Shown piece by piece: positions 9,894 through 22,896 of a stretch of 64,000 nucleotides of DNA. How positions within the stretch are numbered: position 1 is the stretch's first letter; each line of letters begins with the position of its first letter. Location of the stretch: assembly GCA_964019425.1 (NCBI GenBank), contig OZ025805.1, forward strand, positions 62,001-126,000, written 5' to 3'. The notes below the pieces were generated by a model that did not search any database, was not told the origin of the DNA, and worked only from the letters and a program-made list of their open reading frames with translations. Position numbers and translations under genes: made by a program. This stretch comes from Flectonema sp. DT1601 (lineage: Eukaryota).

Positions 9894-10623
9894 CCTTTAG
9901 AAGGAGTACTTATTTTTGACTCTGCCCACTTTTCTTGCTACGACTTTAAAGGAGCGATTGTTATTTTTATTTCTCGGTGGCAAATTACCTAAATGGAATT
10001 TGAATACTTCCCTAAGTTTTGTCTTTACTTTCATTCTTAACTTATACTTCTTTCTCACATATAGTGATGAAAGTGAACCTCCTAAACATAACCCAGCAGT
10101 GAGTCTGACTTGTGTCAAGGATCAAGAGATCAAAGGCACGTGGTCAGATTTGATTACTTGTACCGATCTCGGTAAGTTCTTAATGATAATCATTTTTTTC
10201 AAAAAAAAATTTCCGCACTATTATATAAATACAGAAAAGAACATCATCATATTTATCAGACTCCCAATCAAGCATCAGACATTCACAGTTCAGGTCCACA
10301 CCATAGACTTACCATCTCAAGTAGTAACATTTCAGATATGTTAACCTGTTGAAAAACACAAAATAATGGTTCAGAAAACATGTCTTTTCTCAGCTAAATT
10401 ACAAACTGATTTCTCTACACTTTCCTTCTTTATTTAACTTTCACCAACACTGAAATGTTTGTGCCAAAACTAAGGGCTCCAAATAGAGCTGATAAAAGAA
10501 GAAAACCAGTTAATCATCCTCCCTAATGATGGGTGACTTATTTGTTTCCGCTGAATATCATTTCTTTCATATCAACAATGCGTACAATGCCGACGTAAGT
10601 CGCAACATCGGGAAACTGAATTT

Positions 10624-11334
10624 CTATGCCTGAACCAGACGGTATGTCGCATACTCTCCTGCAGTGTCTGAAGGACGGACAATTTTAACAACGTTACCAG
10701 ATGTCAATCCGAAGTGTCTGGCGAGGGGATCAGCGTGTTGGATACGAGGAAGCTGACTTTGATCAATCTTGAGAGCGAGGAGAAGGTTACGCTTCTCACG
10801 ATCAGACAGGGGAGTATGTTTTGGAACAAGCTCGTGTTTACTGACGTTGATAAGAAGCTCAGACTCAAGGAAATGCTCAAAAATCTTACCCGCATCGTTT
10901 GCTGCAGCGATAGCTTGTTTGCACTGAGCTGTTGGAAGTGATGGAGAGACGATGATTGCTCGTGAGCATCCACGAACTTCCTTTTCCAACATGTCATAGT
11001 AATCTTTAATATTCTTCCCTGTCAGCTTAGCTGTTGATACAAAGAACACCATAATCGATCTGTTCTTACTCTTTTCTAATCTGTCAGCTTCAGTATCATC
11101 GAGTAACTCTTCCTCATCCTTCTCAGCGTACAGTTGTAAATTCTCTTTCTTTGCCCAGACTTGATCATCACTTGTAACATTAAAGAACCTATTCTTAAAG
11201 TCATCCACACCTTCTACTTTCTGCGACTCCGTTACAATGTGACCTCTATCTTCAAGCATCTCAATGCAAGTTTGTCTCACACGGTACAGCTTAACCAATT
11301 CATCGTATGTGCAAGTCGGTGGAGCGTCAGCCAT
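10624..11334 (-). CDS. RPB5: RNA polymerase I/II/III shared subunit RPB5
   Basis: LYRVRQTCIEMLEDRG N-terminus; ELLINVSKHELVPKH, QLPRIQHADPLARHFG, VVKIVRPSDTAGEYATYRLV. Confidence 0.97.
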   Translation of the reverse strand: MADAPPTCTYDELVKLYRVRQTCIEMLEDRGHIVTESQKVEGVDDFKNRFFNVTSDDQVWAKKENLQLYAEKDEEELLDDTEADRLEKSKNRSIMVFFVSTAKLTGKNIKDYYDMLEKEVRGCSRAIIVSPSLPTAQCKQAIAAANDAGKIFEHFLESELLINVSKHELVPKHTPLSDREKRNLLLALKIDQSQLPRIQHADPLARHFGLTSGNVVKIVRPSDTAGEYATYRLVQA

Positions 11335-11696
11335 TTGTTTTTATGATCTTATTTCTACCTGCGGAGAAAACATGCAAATACTCGGCACATTATTTAAGGA
11401 TCTCACCAACCATACTTTTTATTATTATTTTTATCAGAAAAAAGCCTTTGGCCGGAGCACACAGGGAAAAAACAAAAAACAAAACAATTATAATAAAATA
11501 AAAAAACGAATCTTTAATTTTTGAATGATTTCTAAAAAAAAAATTGAAAATTACTAACACAGAATCGATGGAAGGATACGATGTGTAAATAATGTGTAAA
11601 TAAATTGAATCTCTTAAGGTAGCCAAATGCCTCCTTGCAAGAATGAACCAATGAGATGCCTTCTGTCTTAATGAACAAGACAAGAAAAAGTTAACA

Positions 11697-13658
11697 TCAT
11701 CTCGGAGGTAACTGATACAACCGATCAACCATTCGATTCTTAGCAGTCGGTGATATTATTATTTTCTTGTGTTTCGTTGTGTATCTTTCCCGAAGCATTT
11801 CCTTCTTAGCCTCAACTCTTGAAACACCAACGTAGAATAGTCGATTTACTGTTTCTTGAACTTCTGTAACATTGGCTGCCTTAGTTGGAATGGTCGTTTC
11901 CTTCTTTTCAGGAACGTGATTTAAACGAACAACCATATTGTTAATGTCATTGGATGACATGAACTGTGGTTCTCGAGTGTTGAAATATTTAGTTTCGAGA
12001 TTCCTTCTGTAGACTTGTTGGAGTTCTACTTGTTGGCTGTACATTCTATCGACGAATTCTTCCTGTTCACCATGTGACAGTTGTCTTTGTTCTTTAATCT
12101 GTGGTATAAATAAATACTTATCTCTTAGCTGTTGATGAACCATCTCTGCGTTTCGAGTACTCGAAAGTCTACTAACGATACTATCAATAGCTGTGCAGCT
12201 TATGACTGGAGAAGATCGATAACTCAAAGAAACAATGGGAGCTTCACCAAAAGCTCTAGCGGTAGTAGCCTTACTGGTTTTTACAGCCCAAGGAGGAGTC
12301 GTTTTATGTTGAAGTCGTTGTTGGTTTCTTCTTATTCTGTAATGGTATAATTTATTCATTTTATCTCGTTCTCTACGTTTTTCAGATGCACTTTGAGCAG
12401 TTTGAGGTCTTTTTCTATTCGCAACACTCAACCCTATCGTAACTAAAGTTGTACCTGGGAATTGATGGTCAGCATCCTCTGCTTTAGACGTCATTCCAGT
12501 ACCACCACCGTGTAAGAACATATACAGGTCACCGTGTTGAGTTATGAGGCTACAGCTATGTCCATATCTAACAGGATTAGGTACGCTGTTACCAGGAAGG
12601 ATTATCTCCCTCCAAGTTGAAGTCGTTATATTTAAAACAAAACAATCAGAAAGGGTTTCATCATTGTATGTGACTCCTCCTTGTATTATCAACTGTCCGT
12701 TTGTGAACACCGATCCGTGGAATGATCTCTCTCTGGGAACCATTCCTCCAGCGTATATCTTTAACCAATGACTGCTGGTGGTGTTTAACTCGTATACGGA
12801 ATTTGAAAATAAACCTTTGCAACGACCACCAAACACAAGGATTTTTGGTGTTCTGTGGGAATCATACAGATTGCTGGTATGACCATAAACAGGTTGAGGA
12901 GAATCGTGATGATCAGGTGAGTTGAGAACTTGTGAATTTATAATATTCTCATCGTCGTATAGCCAAGTCTCTGTTGTTGTGTTGAATAGTAGTAACTGAC
13001 TGGTGCTGCTTCCAGTTTGATTTTGAATTCCTCCGAAAAAAATAATTTTATCATCGAGTACGACTGCCGTGTGGTTTGAAAGAGTTTCGTTTCGTTGGGT
13101 CTCTCTGATCCCGACCCATCCTTTTGAGGGATCACTGATATCAAATTTTAAAACAAAATCATTGAAATTACTCTTTGTAGTTTCCTCAGGTGATTTCCCT
13201 CCATACAAATACAAACACCTCCCAACAGATGAGATTGCATGTGAGTGTCTGAACAGCGTTGTTGGTATCTCTTCCCACATGGAATCTCTGATATGAAATA
13301 TCCAAACATCTGAATATACGTTCGATTCATTTCTTCCTCCATGAGTAATCAGCTTATCCTTTGATGAACAACATGCATGATGAATTCCTCGTGGTGGTTC
13401 TATGTCAACCTGAAGGGAATCACCCTCTAATATTACAGGTGTCCTGCTGCCAGTCTTACCATGTTGTGGTCGTTTCGATAGCCGCGGTTCTGTAAATCGA
13501 CGACCAAATGGAGGTTGTCCATCACGAGTCCATTCCTCGTCTTCAATCATTCCATCTATTGGAGGTATCGGATGGTGAACTACACCAGCAGATGATGGTC
13601 TCGCTCTGGAGCTGTTTAGTGTTGTGTTTGGTGTGTCTGGAGCGTGGGGTAACATCAT
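11697..13658 (-). CDS. Kelch-repeat (beta-propeller) protein with repetitive helical C-terminus
   Basis: About 6 kelch blades (LITHGG, LYLYGG, IIFFGG, ILVFGG, LIIQGG, FLHGG); C-terminal 'VxRL(Y)' repeats. Confidence 0.85.
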   Translation of the reverse strand: MMLPHAPDTPNTTLNSSRARPSSAGVVHHPIPPIDGMIEDEEWTRDGQPPFGRRFTEPRLSKRPQHGKTGSRTPVILEGDSLQVDIEPPRGIHHACCSSKDKLITHGGRNESNVYSDVWIFHIRDSMWEEIPTTLFRHSHAISSVGRCLYLYGGKSPEETTKSNFNDFVLKFDISDPSKGWVGIRETQRNETLSNHTAVVLDDKIIFFGGIQNQTGSSTSQLLLFNTTTETWLYDDENIINSQVLNSPDHHDSPQPVYGHTSNLYDSHRTPKILVFGGRCKGLFSNSVYELNTTSSHWLKIYAGGMVPRERSFHGSVFTNGQLIIQGGVTYNDETLSDCFVLNITTSTWREIILPGNSVPNPVRYGHSCSLITQHGDLYMFLHGGGTGMTSKAEDADHQFPGTTLVTIGLSVANRKRPQTAQSASEKRRERDKMNKLYHYRIRRNQQRLQHKTTPPWAVKTSKATTARAFGEAPIVSLSYRSSPVISCTAIDSIVSRLSSTRNAEMVHQQLRDKYLFIPQIKEQRQLSHGEQEEFVDRMYSQQVELQQVYRRNLETKYFNTREPQFMSSNDINNMVVRLNHVPEKKETTIPTKAANVTEVQETVNRLFYVGVSRVEAKKEMLRERYTTKHKKIIISPTAKNRMVDRLYQLPPR

Positions 13659-13715
13659 TCTTTATTTTTCTGGAAAAAAATAAATAAATATAAATAAAAA
13701 AAATGTTTTTGATGT

Positions 13716-14058
13716 TCTGATACCTAAAGAGAGCATATCCACTAAAGTCTCATGTTGTGGACAGTGCACTACTACTGGTTTAAGAAAATGTTTGTGATGG
13801 TAGGGATGTCTCCTTTTTTGGACTATTTTCTTTTTTACTAATTCAACTGATGGTTTTTTTCTTATAAATTCTTCAAACGTTTTGATGCATCCTTCTGCTC
13901 TGACACCTAAAGAACGTATCGATAACTTGAGTTATGTTGTGGACAGTGCACTGGTTTAAGAAAATAATTGTGATGGCAGGGATGTGTCTTCTTTTTTGGA
14001 CTATTTTTTTTTTTTTTCCACTAAGTCAACTGGTCGTCTTTTTCTTATAAATTCTTCA
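13716..14058. repeat. Diverged direct tandem duplication of ~160 bp (13716-13875 / 13899-14058)
   Basis: Shared blocks TCTGAyACCTAAAGA, ATGTTGTGGACAGTGCACT, CTGGTTTAAGAAAAT, TTTTTTGGACTATTTT, TTTCTTATAAATTCTTCA. Confidence 0.85.
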
Positions 14059-15347
14059 CTTCCTTCACTTCCCAAAACTTCCACTTTTTTTAATATTTGT
14101 TTCGTTTTCTTTTTTGCTGCTTTTTTTTTTTTCTGCTTTTTTCTTTTTTCTCTGTTGGTTTTTTTTTTTTTTTCATGGCAAGGGACGCCCTCTTATTTAG
14201 GAGGACTTTGAAAGATGTTTTCAAAATAATAAAAAACATCTTCCGCACCCTTTTTTTTCATGAGTTTTCTCTCCGCATGATCCCCTCCAAAAAACATTCC
14301 CCTTCCGATCTTTCGTACGACGTGAAGAGCCGAGTCAATTTTGTTGAATTCATTTTTTTTTTTGTTTTTTGTTTTTTTTCAAAGACAGGATAACGTGGTT
14401 TTTCACACACAGAGAACGCTAAAGTAATTTTTTTTTTCACCTTAAAAAGGTGAACAATCTGACCATCGCGATTTATACGCACAACGACATATTATTTCCT
14501 TTTTTTTTTTTTTTTTTTTTCCTTCTTCTTCTTTGATGAAAATACTTTCCTTTTACTTTTTTTTTTAAGAAAAAAAGTAAAAAAAAAAGGAAAAAAAGTT
14601 TTTTTCTCTCCTGGACAATGGCAGGGAGACTCTTTTTTGACTTGTGATGAGGGCTCACTGCTTGTCTTTGCGCTCTTAAAACAGACATTTTTCTTTTTGA
14701 ATACTCATGCTGTCTGGTGCTGCTGAACTGAGCAGTGAGTGATTGCGATACAAGTCGAAAAACACTTTTTTTTTTTTTTGAAGGGAAAAAAAAAAAAAAA
14801 AAAATGTCAAAAAAATCAAAAAAAAAAAAAACCAAATTCAGCTTTTAACTCAGCACTGCAACGCAGAGAGTCGGGGGGATGAATAAAAAAAAAAAAAAAA
14901 AAAAGAGAAAAAAATCGGAGGGAAAAATAAGTGGGGAATTGAGTAGGGAGTTGTACAGTACACAATCGCGATGCTGTTAGTAAAAATGCGACGGGAAATC
15001 CCTAACTTGCTTAAAAACAAAACCGCTAACCGGCAACAGGAGGGGATACCTCCGATGCGATTGAAGAAAGAAAAAAAAAAGAAAATTAAAAAAAAAAAAC
15101 AAAGCCTTAAGAAATAACCTCTCGAACGAGTTCCTGAAATCGCAAAAAAGGGGGGACGACACCCACTAAAAGACAAAAAGAAAAAAACAACAACAACATC
15201 TTACTGGCAGTCAGTTTGTGAGAAATACTTACTCTCTCTTACAAACAAAAAAAAAAAAAAAAACTCAAAAAGGAATAATTGTTTATTTTATTTTATCGAA
15301 TGTAAGTAAAGGGATTTCAGACAAATGCGGTGTTTTTTTTTATTTAT

Positions 15348-16851
15348 TTAGTGGTTTGCCTGTTCTTTGACCTTGTTTCTGTTTGAGATTAGCTTCTCAC
15401 GGAATTCTCTTCTCTTCTTTTCAACGGCTCTACGTTGAGTCCACTGTTCGAATCTGATTGAAACGTGTTCTGATGCAGTTGCTCTGGTGAGCGCTCTTCG
15501 GAGTTGTTCTTTGCTGTGAACTCCCTCTTCGCTTGTGAATGGTGGACAGTCCTCTCTCAATGACACGTGAGTGATTCTCATTCCACGAAATTCATCAAAA
15601 ACAACAGCTGGTGAGTTCTCTTCTACTTCAGTCAAACACATAGTGTCAGGTTCAAAGTTTAGACCCAATGGTTCTCCAGCTCTCTTTGAGATATTCTTTT
15701 CTTTGTATCCGAGTGGAGCAAATGGAGGCTTCGACATGAATTTAGAAGCGACTTCGATCTTCTTTCTTGGTCCTGCTGATTGCTGACTTCTTGACATCAT
15801 CATTCTGTTTTTACGAGCTTTTTGTTCGCTTTCAATAATGCTCTTTCTGCTTTTTGGTTCCAAGAAAGACGGAGAGTCACCGTCAGCTGCTCTTGAGAAC
15901 AGTCCCGACAGAACTGATGTGGCATTTGAGATGTGACGCCATTTAGCGTTCTTCGTATCAACAGCTCCTCTGTCTTTAGTGATTGCCAAGGCTGGGTGAG
16001 CCCTGCTTAATACACGCAAATCTTCCATTGGTACGACAGCGTTATCCTCACCATCGACATCCTTCTTGTCCCATCTGATGACACAATTGTTTCCTCTGAT
16101 CTTTTCAACAACAGCTCTACGGTGTCCGTACTGTTGTTGTTGTGGTTGTTGTTGTAAAGAGAGAAAGAGAGAAGGAGAGGGAGGTATTAAAAGTTATGAT
16201 AAACAAACCTGAACAAAGTCACCTGGTTTCTTTGACATTTGCTGTCTTCTGGTCTTGAGAACGTCCTCGTAGTCAATGTTGCGGTTTGCAACGACTGAGT
16301 TACCTCCGGTATCGGTTCTGCCGTGAGATGGGAGACGGAGTTGAACTTCAGAAGCAGCACCTGACTCCAACTGTTCGGTAATCCATTCCATCATTCTCGC
16401 TTCTTCTTCTTCACCATGAAGGTCTTGACCTCTTCCTTCCTTTCTCCATTGAGTTTCTAATTTCTGTTGTCTTAGGTGAAGTTCAATGTTGCTCAACTCC
16501 TCTCTGATGTCGGTATCGAATGTAGCGTCCTGAAGCTTCAGATCTTTAAGAGCATCCATCGGACCTCCGTAGCTGTTGTTGTGTTTGTGAGGTTTTTTGT
16601 GAAGAATCTTTTTTATTTTTATTTTTATTTATTTAGTAATGTTATTCAGACCTGTCATCACCAGCCTGCTTCAAAAGGTGAAGTGAAAAGAAGATTTCCT
16701 CGAACTTATTTTGAACCTGTTTTTTTTTTTTTTTTTTTTCATTTTTAAATTTTCATTGATCATCATCATGGTATCAATCACAACATACCTCTCTCCTCTG
16801 ACCGATAACATGTGACTGCTCCTCAGCCGTAAGCACCATGGCGTCCGACAT
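15348..16851 (-). CDS. 4-exon hypothetical protein with Tudor/SH3-like and PDZ-like domains
   Basis: Exons 16851-16789, 16716-16652, 16572-16209, 16130-15348 join in frame via GT-AG introns. KPGDFVQ|YGHRRAVVEKIRGNNCVIRWD (Tudor-like); GEPLGLNF..LTEVEENSPA (PDZ-like). Confidence 0.75.
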
Positions 16852-18113
16852 GTTTGAAGGTCAACTAATACCTGTCGTGGGGGGTAAGACTGTTTGATTA
16901 GGTTCATACGAATATAAATCTCTCTTGTATTGTATCAGAACTCAATAATAAAATTAAAAAAAAACTCATGACACAAGTGACTTAAAATGTTAATACAGGC
17001 TAACACTCTGCAATTGACGTACTTGCTCTACTTTATAATAAATGTTTCTAACTTATCGGCATACATGTCGTGGGGGGTAACTTGATAAGATGATTAAATA
17101 TAAGAGCAACTTGAAACAAACACATGACTGAAATCAACCAAACCATCTCTCTTATCGACATGTTGGGTATTGTGAGTGAAATAAAAAAAAAAAAAAAATA
17201 TGTATTAAATTTGGTAGGACGTCCTTTTTCAAAAAAAACAAACAAACCACCGAATAGTAATTATCAATAGCGCAAAACTTATTTGATGCACACGGGAAGG
17301 ATAATTCAGCTCTTTTTTTTTTTTTTTTTTAATTTTTTTCTTCTTCTTTTTTCAGGAACATTCTTCTGGCTTCTTTTTTTTTTTTTTTTTTTTTTTTTTT
17401 TCCCCCTCTTCCCTTTATATGCACACGATCTTCTAAAAACCGACTTAAACTTAAAAAGCTAAAGGAGGTTAAAACGCGTGCTTTTATTTTAGCTCTTACC
17501 CGAAAAATACTTTTTCTACAAAAAAAAAAATAAATAAATAAATAAAAAGGGTCGGGTCGCAGTTAGCGTTCATCACTTTTTTAAATTTCTTATCGAACGC
17601 TAAAAAAAAAAAAAAAAAAAACGAACTAATCTTTTGTAGGGCAAGGGGGGAAATAAGAAGAATCGCAGGTACAGATTAAAATAGCCATTTTCTAAATATC
17701 AAAAGACCAGTTCTCTGGTCGAGTTTGTTTCGGGAGAGGAAGAAAACAAACTGACCAATCAGGTTCAAAAACTATATTTTTTTTTTTCCCTTTTCAAAAA
17801 AAAAAAAAAAAAACTTCTCAGGTTAATAAAGTAGACGAAAAGCATCCATAATCGTTGAGCGAACAACAACAACAAAAAAAAAAAAAAAGAGTAGGTGGGA
17901 AAATATGAGAAAAGACGGGGAATAAAAAACAAAAAAAAAAAGGGGGGGAGAGGATCGAAATCGATCGCTGGTTTTCCTTCAGCAAGTGAGTCGTGTTCGT
18001 CCAAAACAAACCGACACACCAGAAGACGCTAAGCAAACAGTCGATCCATCATAAACTCACCCCCTGCTGGGTAATAGCAATAGCACAGATGCAATAGTCG
18101 TAGTCGTAGATAT

Positions 18114-19790
18114 CTACTTTCCCCATCCCATTGCCATGGCAATCTGTTTTTGTTATATTATTTGATTACCACACACCACACTAAGACGCAAAACACTCAT
18201 TTATTAACTTTAATTATAATAACAAACCTTTCGCTTGTCTCCGAATGCTGTGATTCCGATTGAAGGAAGATCTGATTCTGTCAAAGAAGTGAAGACAGCT
18301 CCATCTATAGCGTTGTCACTGAGGCACTGTTTTTAGTGTTTGTTATGAGATGAGAAGAATCACAGGACACACACACAAGGTTGATAATGAAATCATACTT
18401 TACTGTAGTCACTACCCAGAGAGAGGGATGCCACCCAACTTGTGACCTCATCCACAGACGAACTCGCCGTCGGCAGTGAAGCCGCAGCCGAAGATGTGGA
18501 CTTGGGAGAAGCTGAGCCCACGGATTCCTGTTTGTGTTGTTGTTTTTTTGAATATGTGAAAAAAGACATGAAAACGTTTGATAGGAAAACACTACAAACC
18601 GTGACCGTTGGCTTATCTGAAGGAGGCGGATCCCACGAGGTTTCCTGAGTTACCGTGTTGTACCAATAAGGAGGATCTCCCTTTACCTTTTTCCAAATCT
18701 TCTTCGCCTTCTTGACTGGTGCTTCTGTCTCTGTTACTGGAGTCGGGTCCTGGTGAACTTTAGCAGCGGCAGCAGCAGCTATTTGTCCCATCATTGGCCC
18801 CATCGCTGATTTCTGTTCTTCAACTTGAGATTCTTCCTTTTTCGATTTTTTACTCTTTTTGTCTTTTTTAGATTTCTTTTCCTTCCGACGCTCGTCTTTG
18901 TTCTCAGGTTCTTCCCATTGACTCTCACCAGTAGCAGTGTTGTACCAGTATTGGTCTCCGTTTTCATCAGCGTAGGTACGCCAGACTTTCTTACGGCGAG
19001 GTTTTGCTTGCATTGATAACATGTGGACTTGTTCTTCAATTCGAAGACTTCTGACTTCTGAAGTAACTTGTTGAGATTTTCCAAAGTAAATCTCAGGAAG
19101 GTTTCCTCTAATTTTATTTTCGTAGTGTTGGATGTAGTTTCCGATATTCTGAACGTGATCAGACTTAGCTCCGACCATCGCGTCATACTGCTTCCATTGT
19201 TTTGCGATGTTTCCGGACATCTTAAATGAAAATTTTCCATCAGTTTTATCCTTATCACTGAGTCTAAGCATTACACTTGTAGTCATCTGATAACAGGCAA
19301 GGTCATCAGAAGGGTATTCTTGTACGGTAATAATATGCATTGAGTTCCAAGTTCCTACTCCTTTGATGTCCTTACGAATGAGTACAGCAGCTGCCCAACC
19401 ATCTACTTCACCTGTATCCCAAAGATAGGAACTCTGAAGTCCGTCCTCACCGAAGTATTGTCTGGTGTAGAGTGAGAAGATGTCGTTCAACTCAATTTCT
19501 AATTTCCGTAATTCGTAACTTGGAGTTATCCCATCAAAAGCCGGATAATATTTACTACTCCAAGGAGATCTAAAACTGTCACCGTCTCTGTTAAATTCAC
19601 ACACAATAAACTGCTTACCCGATTCTTCACATGTCCTTTCCTTCAACGGTTGATCCACATCTGCTAATAATTCCTCAGCGAATTCCTCCTGGGGAATCAA
19701 TGCTAATAAAGAAGATAATGTTCGTGTTTGCCTCCCTGGAGGCATTCTACGAACCAAATCCAATGCAGCCTTTAACTGTTTGCGGCTCAT
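18114..19790 (-). CDS. CAPZB: F-actin capping protein beta subunit fused to two WW domains and a SAM domain (4 exons)
   Basis: ALDLVRRMPP, VDQPLK, CEFNRDGDSFRSPWSSKYYP, GTWNSMH; WW motifs (YWYNTATGESQWEEP, YWYNTVTQETSWDPP); SAM reconstructed across introns 18599-18528, 18398-18327, 18227-18144. Confidence 0.88.
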
Positions 19791-21375
19791 TTTATATTAG
19801 TGGGAACCAGGCCACGCAAGGTTCTGGTAAGAAAAAAAAAATTATAGGATTTTTTTTTGATTTTTTTTTATAAAAAAACATCAGTCTTGCTACCTTTCTC
19901 AAAAACAACAGTTGAAGGCAGGTAATTCACCCAAGTCGGGGGGAGGACTTGGATAAATAAATCAAGGGGCTAACACGCAACAAATTAGACATGAATCGTT
20001 ATAACTGGATTCTGTCCACACAAAATCGCATGTTTTAAATAAACTACCAGAGAAAGAAATGCTGTCGGGGGAAATTTGATACGATACGAAAAGATTTATC
20101 TGGGAAGAATACTGCAGGTCTTTGCACAAAAAAATAAAAATACTGTCACCATGAAACAGAAGGCGTTGAACATTGCCTGGTGTCTTTGGTGGAGGCCACG
20201 TGAACGTAGTTGAGCACCTCTTGCCTACGCTACCGTAACAGTGAAAAACAGCTGTAAATTAAAATAAATGTGAAAAAAATAAAATGAAACCAAAGGTTAA
20301 CAGTGGACGAACCCGACGTAAGGCTTTCCTAGACTCTTGCCTACGGGGGATGAATAGTTTTTTTTTTTTGACGAAAAAAAATATAGAAACACGTAAAATA
20401 AACTTTTCAACAATACCAAAAAAATAAGTAATCAAGGGAAAAAAAAATGAAAAGAAGACTCGTCCCTTTCATAATAAGAACATCAGCTAAGAATAATCCC
20501 AAAAGACAATATAAGATACAGCACCATTATCTTTAGTACTGTGATGTGTTTCCTACTTACTTAGCAAGGCTATCAGTGGTGGGCTCCAATACTACGTAGT
20601 TCAGAAGGATGAAATCAAATCCTTGCCAAGGGAAGCACTAGATGAGGAGATCGACAACCCCCCCATGCTTCCACTTTGTATTCCATCAGGAAACCAAAGT
20701 AAATAAATAAATTTTTTTTTTCTTCTTCTTCTCGTCCTTCTCTTTATCAAAAGTCAGGAAACTAATCATCAGTGATGAGAATAACTGAAGTACAAAACAA
20801 AAAAACAAAACAAAAAAAAAAAGCCACCAACATCCAACAAAGGCAGACAGAAGTTAATTAATATCTGAATGTCATGGGCCCACCTGAAATATAATCAAGC
20901 AGAGACAGTTGGTACTAAAAGTGTGAATCCAACGAAAGAAAAAAAAAAACTAATTCAGATAAAAAAAAAACCTTCTTCGATCGCAGACAGTAATACTGAC
21001 GGCACCGGAATAATAGATAAACGGCTCCTATTCTGAATGGTTTCTTCCCTCCCGACTTCGTCGGTGCAAAAAAAAAAAAAAAAAAAAAAAGCCGTGAAAC
21101 AGGATTCTGATTTCTTCGTTTTTTTTTTTGAAAAACACAAAAAAAATCACATCCTCAAAGAAAAAAAAGGCAGATGATTTGTGTGGTTAGAGGACGATAA
21201 TAACCTTCCAAACAATACTAAAAAAGAATGGTATACACAGAAAATGATCTCTCTCTCTCCTCAATTGGTTTACTTAACCAACAGACATGTCTACTTTAAT
21301 ATTTATATGTGCTGATTAGTAGTTATCAGAGACACAATTTTAAAATTGGAATACGAGAATAATTTGAATATCATT

Positions 21376-22896
21376 TTACCGAAACCCACCAGTAGTAGCT
21401 GGAGGTGGATCAGGTTTCTGAGGTTGAAGGATTGCTGCAACCCAGTGACGAACTACTCTCGTTTTTGTTGGTTGTTTTGGATCGTTAGATAACTTTGGGA
21501 AGCTGTGAGTTATAAACTGATGATCAAGTAATCGACTCGCAGAAGATCTATCTTTTGGTTTTGGTTGTAACATATTCATTAAGAAATCCTTAAGAGAAGG
21601 ACTGAATGAAAGCTTCGCAATCACCTCTGAGCTATTATCAACCGCTCCAATCAAATCAAGAAATGAGACTTCGTGGGGTCTTTGGAATTCAGGAAACGGA
21701 TGTTTCCCTTCTGCTACTTCTGTTAAAAGTATCCCAAGTGACCAAATATCACTTTCCCATCCGTGATCTTGACCTCTGAGTCTTTCTGAACTCATGTATA
21801 ATTTCGTACCTGTTGGTTGTTTATAAATAAGAATCCTTTTTTTTTTTTAAGAATAGTTGGATTGAAAGGTTAATACATGATAACATACCACAAAAAGTAG
21901 AACAACCCTCGTCAAGGGTGCTGACTTCTTTAGTAGTTCCAAAGTCTGCCAGTTTCACAACCCCGGCATTGTTGATGAGGAGATTGTCAGGTTTGATATC
22001 CCTGTTGTTGTTTGTTATGGTTTTGTTGATTAGCTTTTAAAAAAAAAAAAAAAAAATTCCTCATACCTGTGGATTAGTTTGTGACGTTGGGAGTGGAGAA
22101 AGTTCAGAGCATCGAGAACCTGACCTGCCATCGCAGCGACTACCTTTTCTTCAATCTTACCTCTGATCTTTTTTAATATATCACCAAGAGATCCAATATG
22201 CATGTATTCCATTACAATCCATATTTGGTTGATGTGATCAATCCAGAATGCGTTGTACGTTCGAACAATATTTTGATGATTTCTCTCATCTCCATGTTTA
22301 GCAAGCCACGCGATTTCTTTTTCAACTCCATCAGAGGTTCTAGAAATTTGTTTCACAGCAACTAATTTTCGATCTCCATTCGGCATAGCAACGTGAGCTT
22401 GATGAACAGTTCCGTATGCTCCACTACCGAGTGGTTTACTTCCTGGAGCGAAGATTAGATCCTTCCAGGTTATCTTTCTACCCGATGATTTCCTCTCTGG
22501 AGATGACGGCTGTAACGGAGTTGATGGCTGAGTTAGAACATTGCCTGAAGCTGTAGCAGGAGATTGGTTTGCAGAAGATGTGTTTGAAGAGGAATTCTTA
22601 TCAACAATTTGATCATTTTTTTGTTTTTCAACATGTTGTTGTAATTGTTTACTCATCGAGAGGCTCACACTAATATCATTCATATTCGATAAGTCGTTCA
22701 CTCCACCCAGAGAGAGGTCAACTGACCCAATCACACCACTATCCATCCCCTTCTCACCAACCTTTAAACCTTTTATAAACGTCACATCAACTTCAACTCC
22801 TTTCCCAGAAGTCGATTTCAACACTTGTGGACCAGCCTCTCTAATCACATCACTGGGTAGTGCACTGGGGCGGACCGGACGTTTTTTGCCCGGCAT
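21376..22896 (-). CDS. MAP kinase kinase (STE7 family), 3 exons
   Basis: LGSGAYGTV, VAVK, HR|DIKPDNLL, KLADFG, STFC|GTKLYMSSERL, SDIWSLG; introns 22066-22002 and 21888-21810. Confidence 0.9.

Noticed and set aside
14644..14744. SECIS-like ATGA…TGAT stem
   Set aside because: It is antisense to neighbouring genes, the apical region is too long with no correctly placed AA, and I found no in-frame TGA selenoprotein nearby.
13984..15176. Numerous Phe/Lys-rich ORFs here and in other intergenic regions
   Set aside because: Artefacts of poly(T)/poly(A) tracts.
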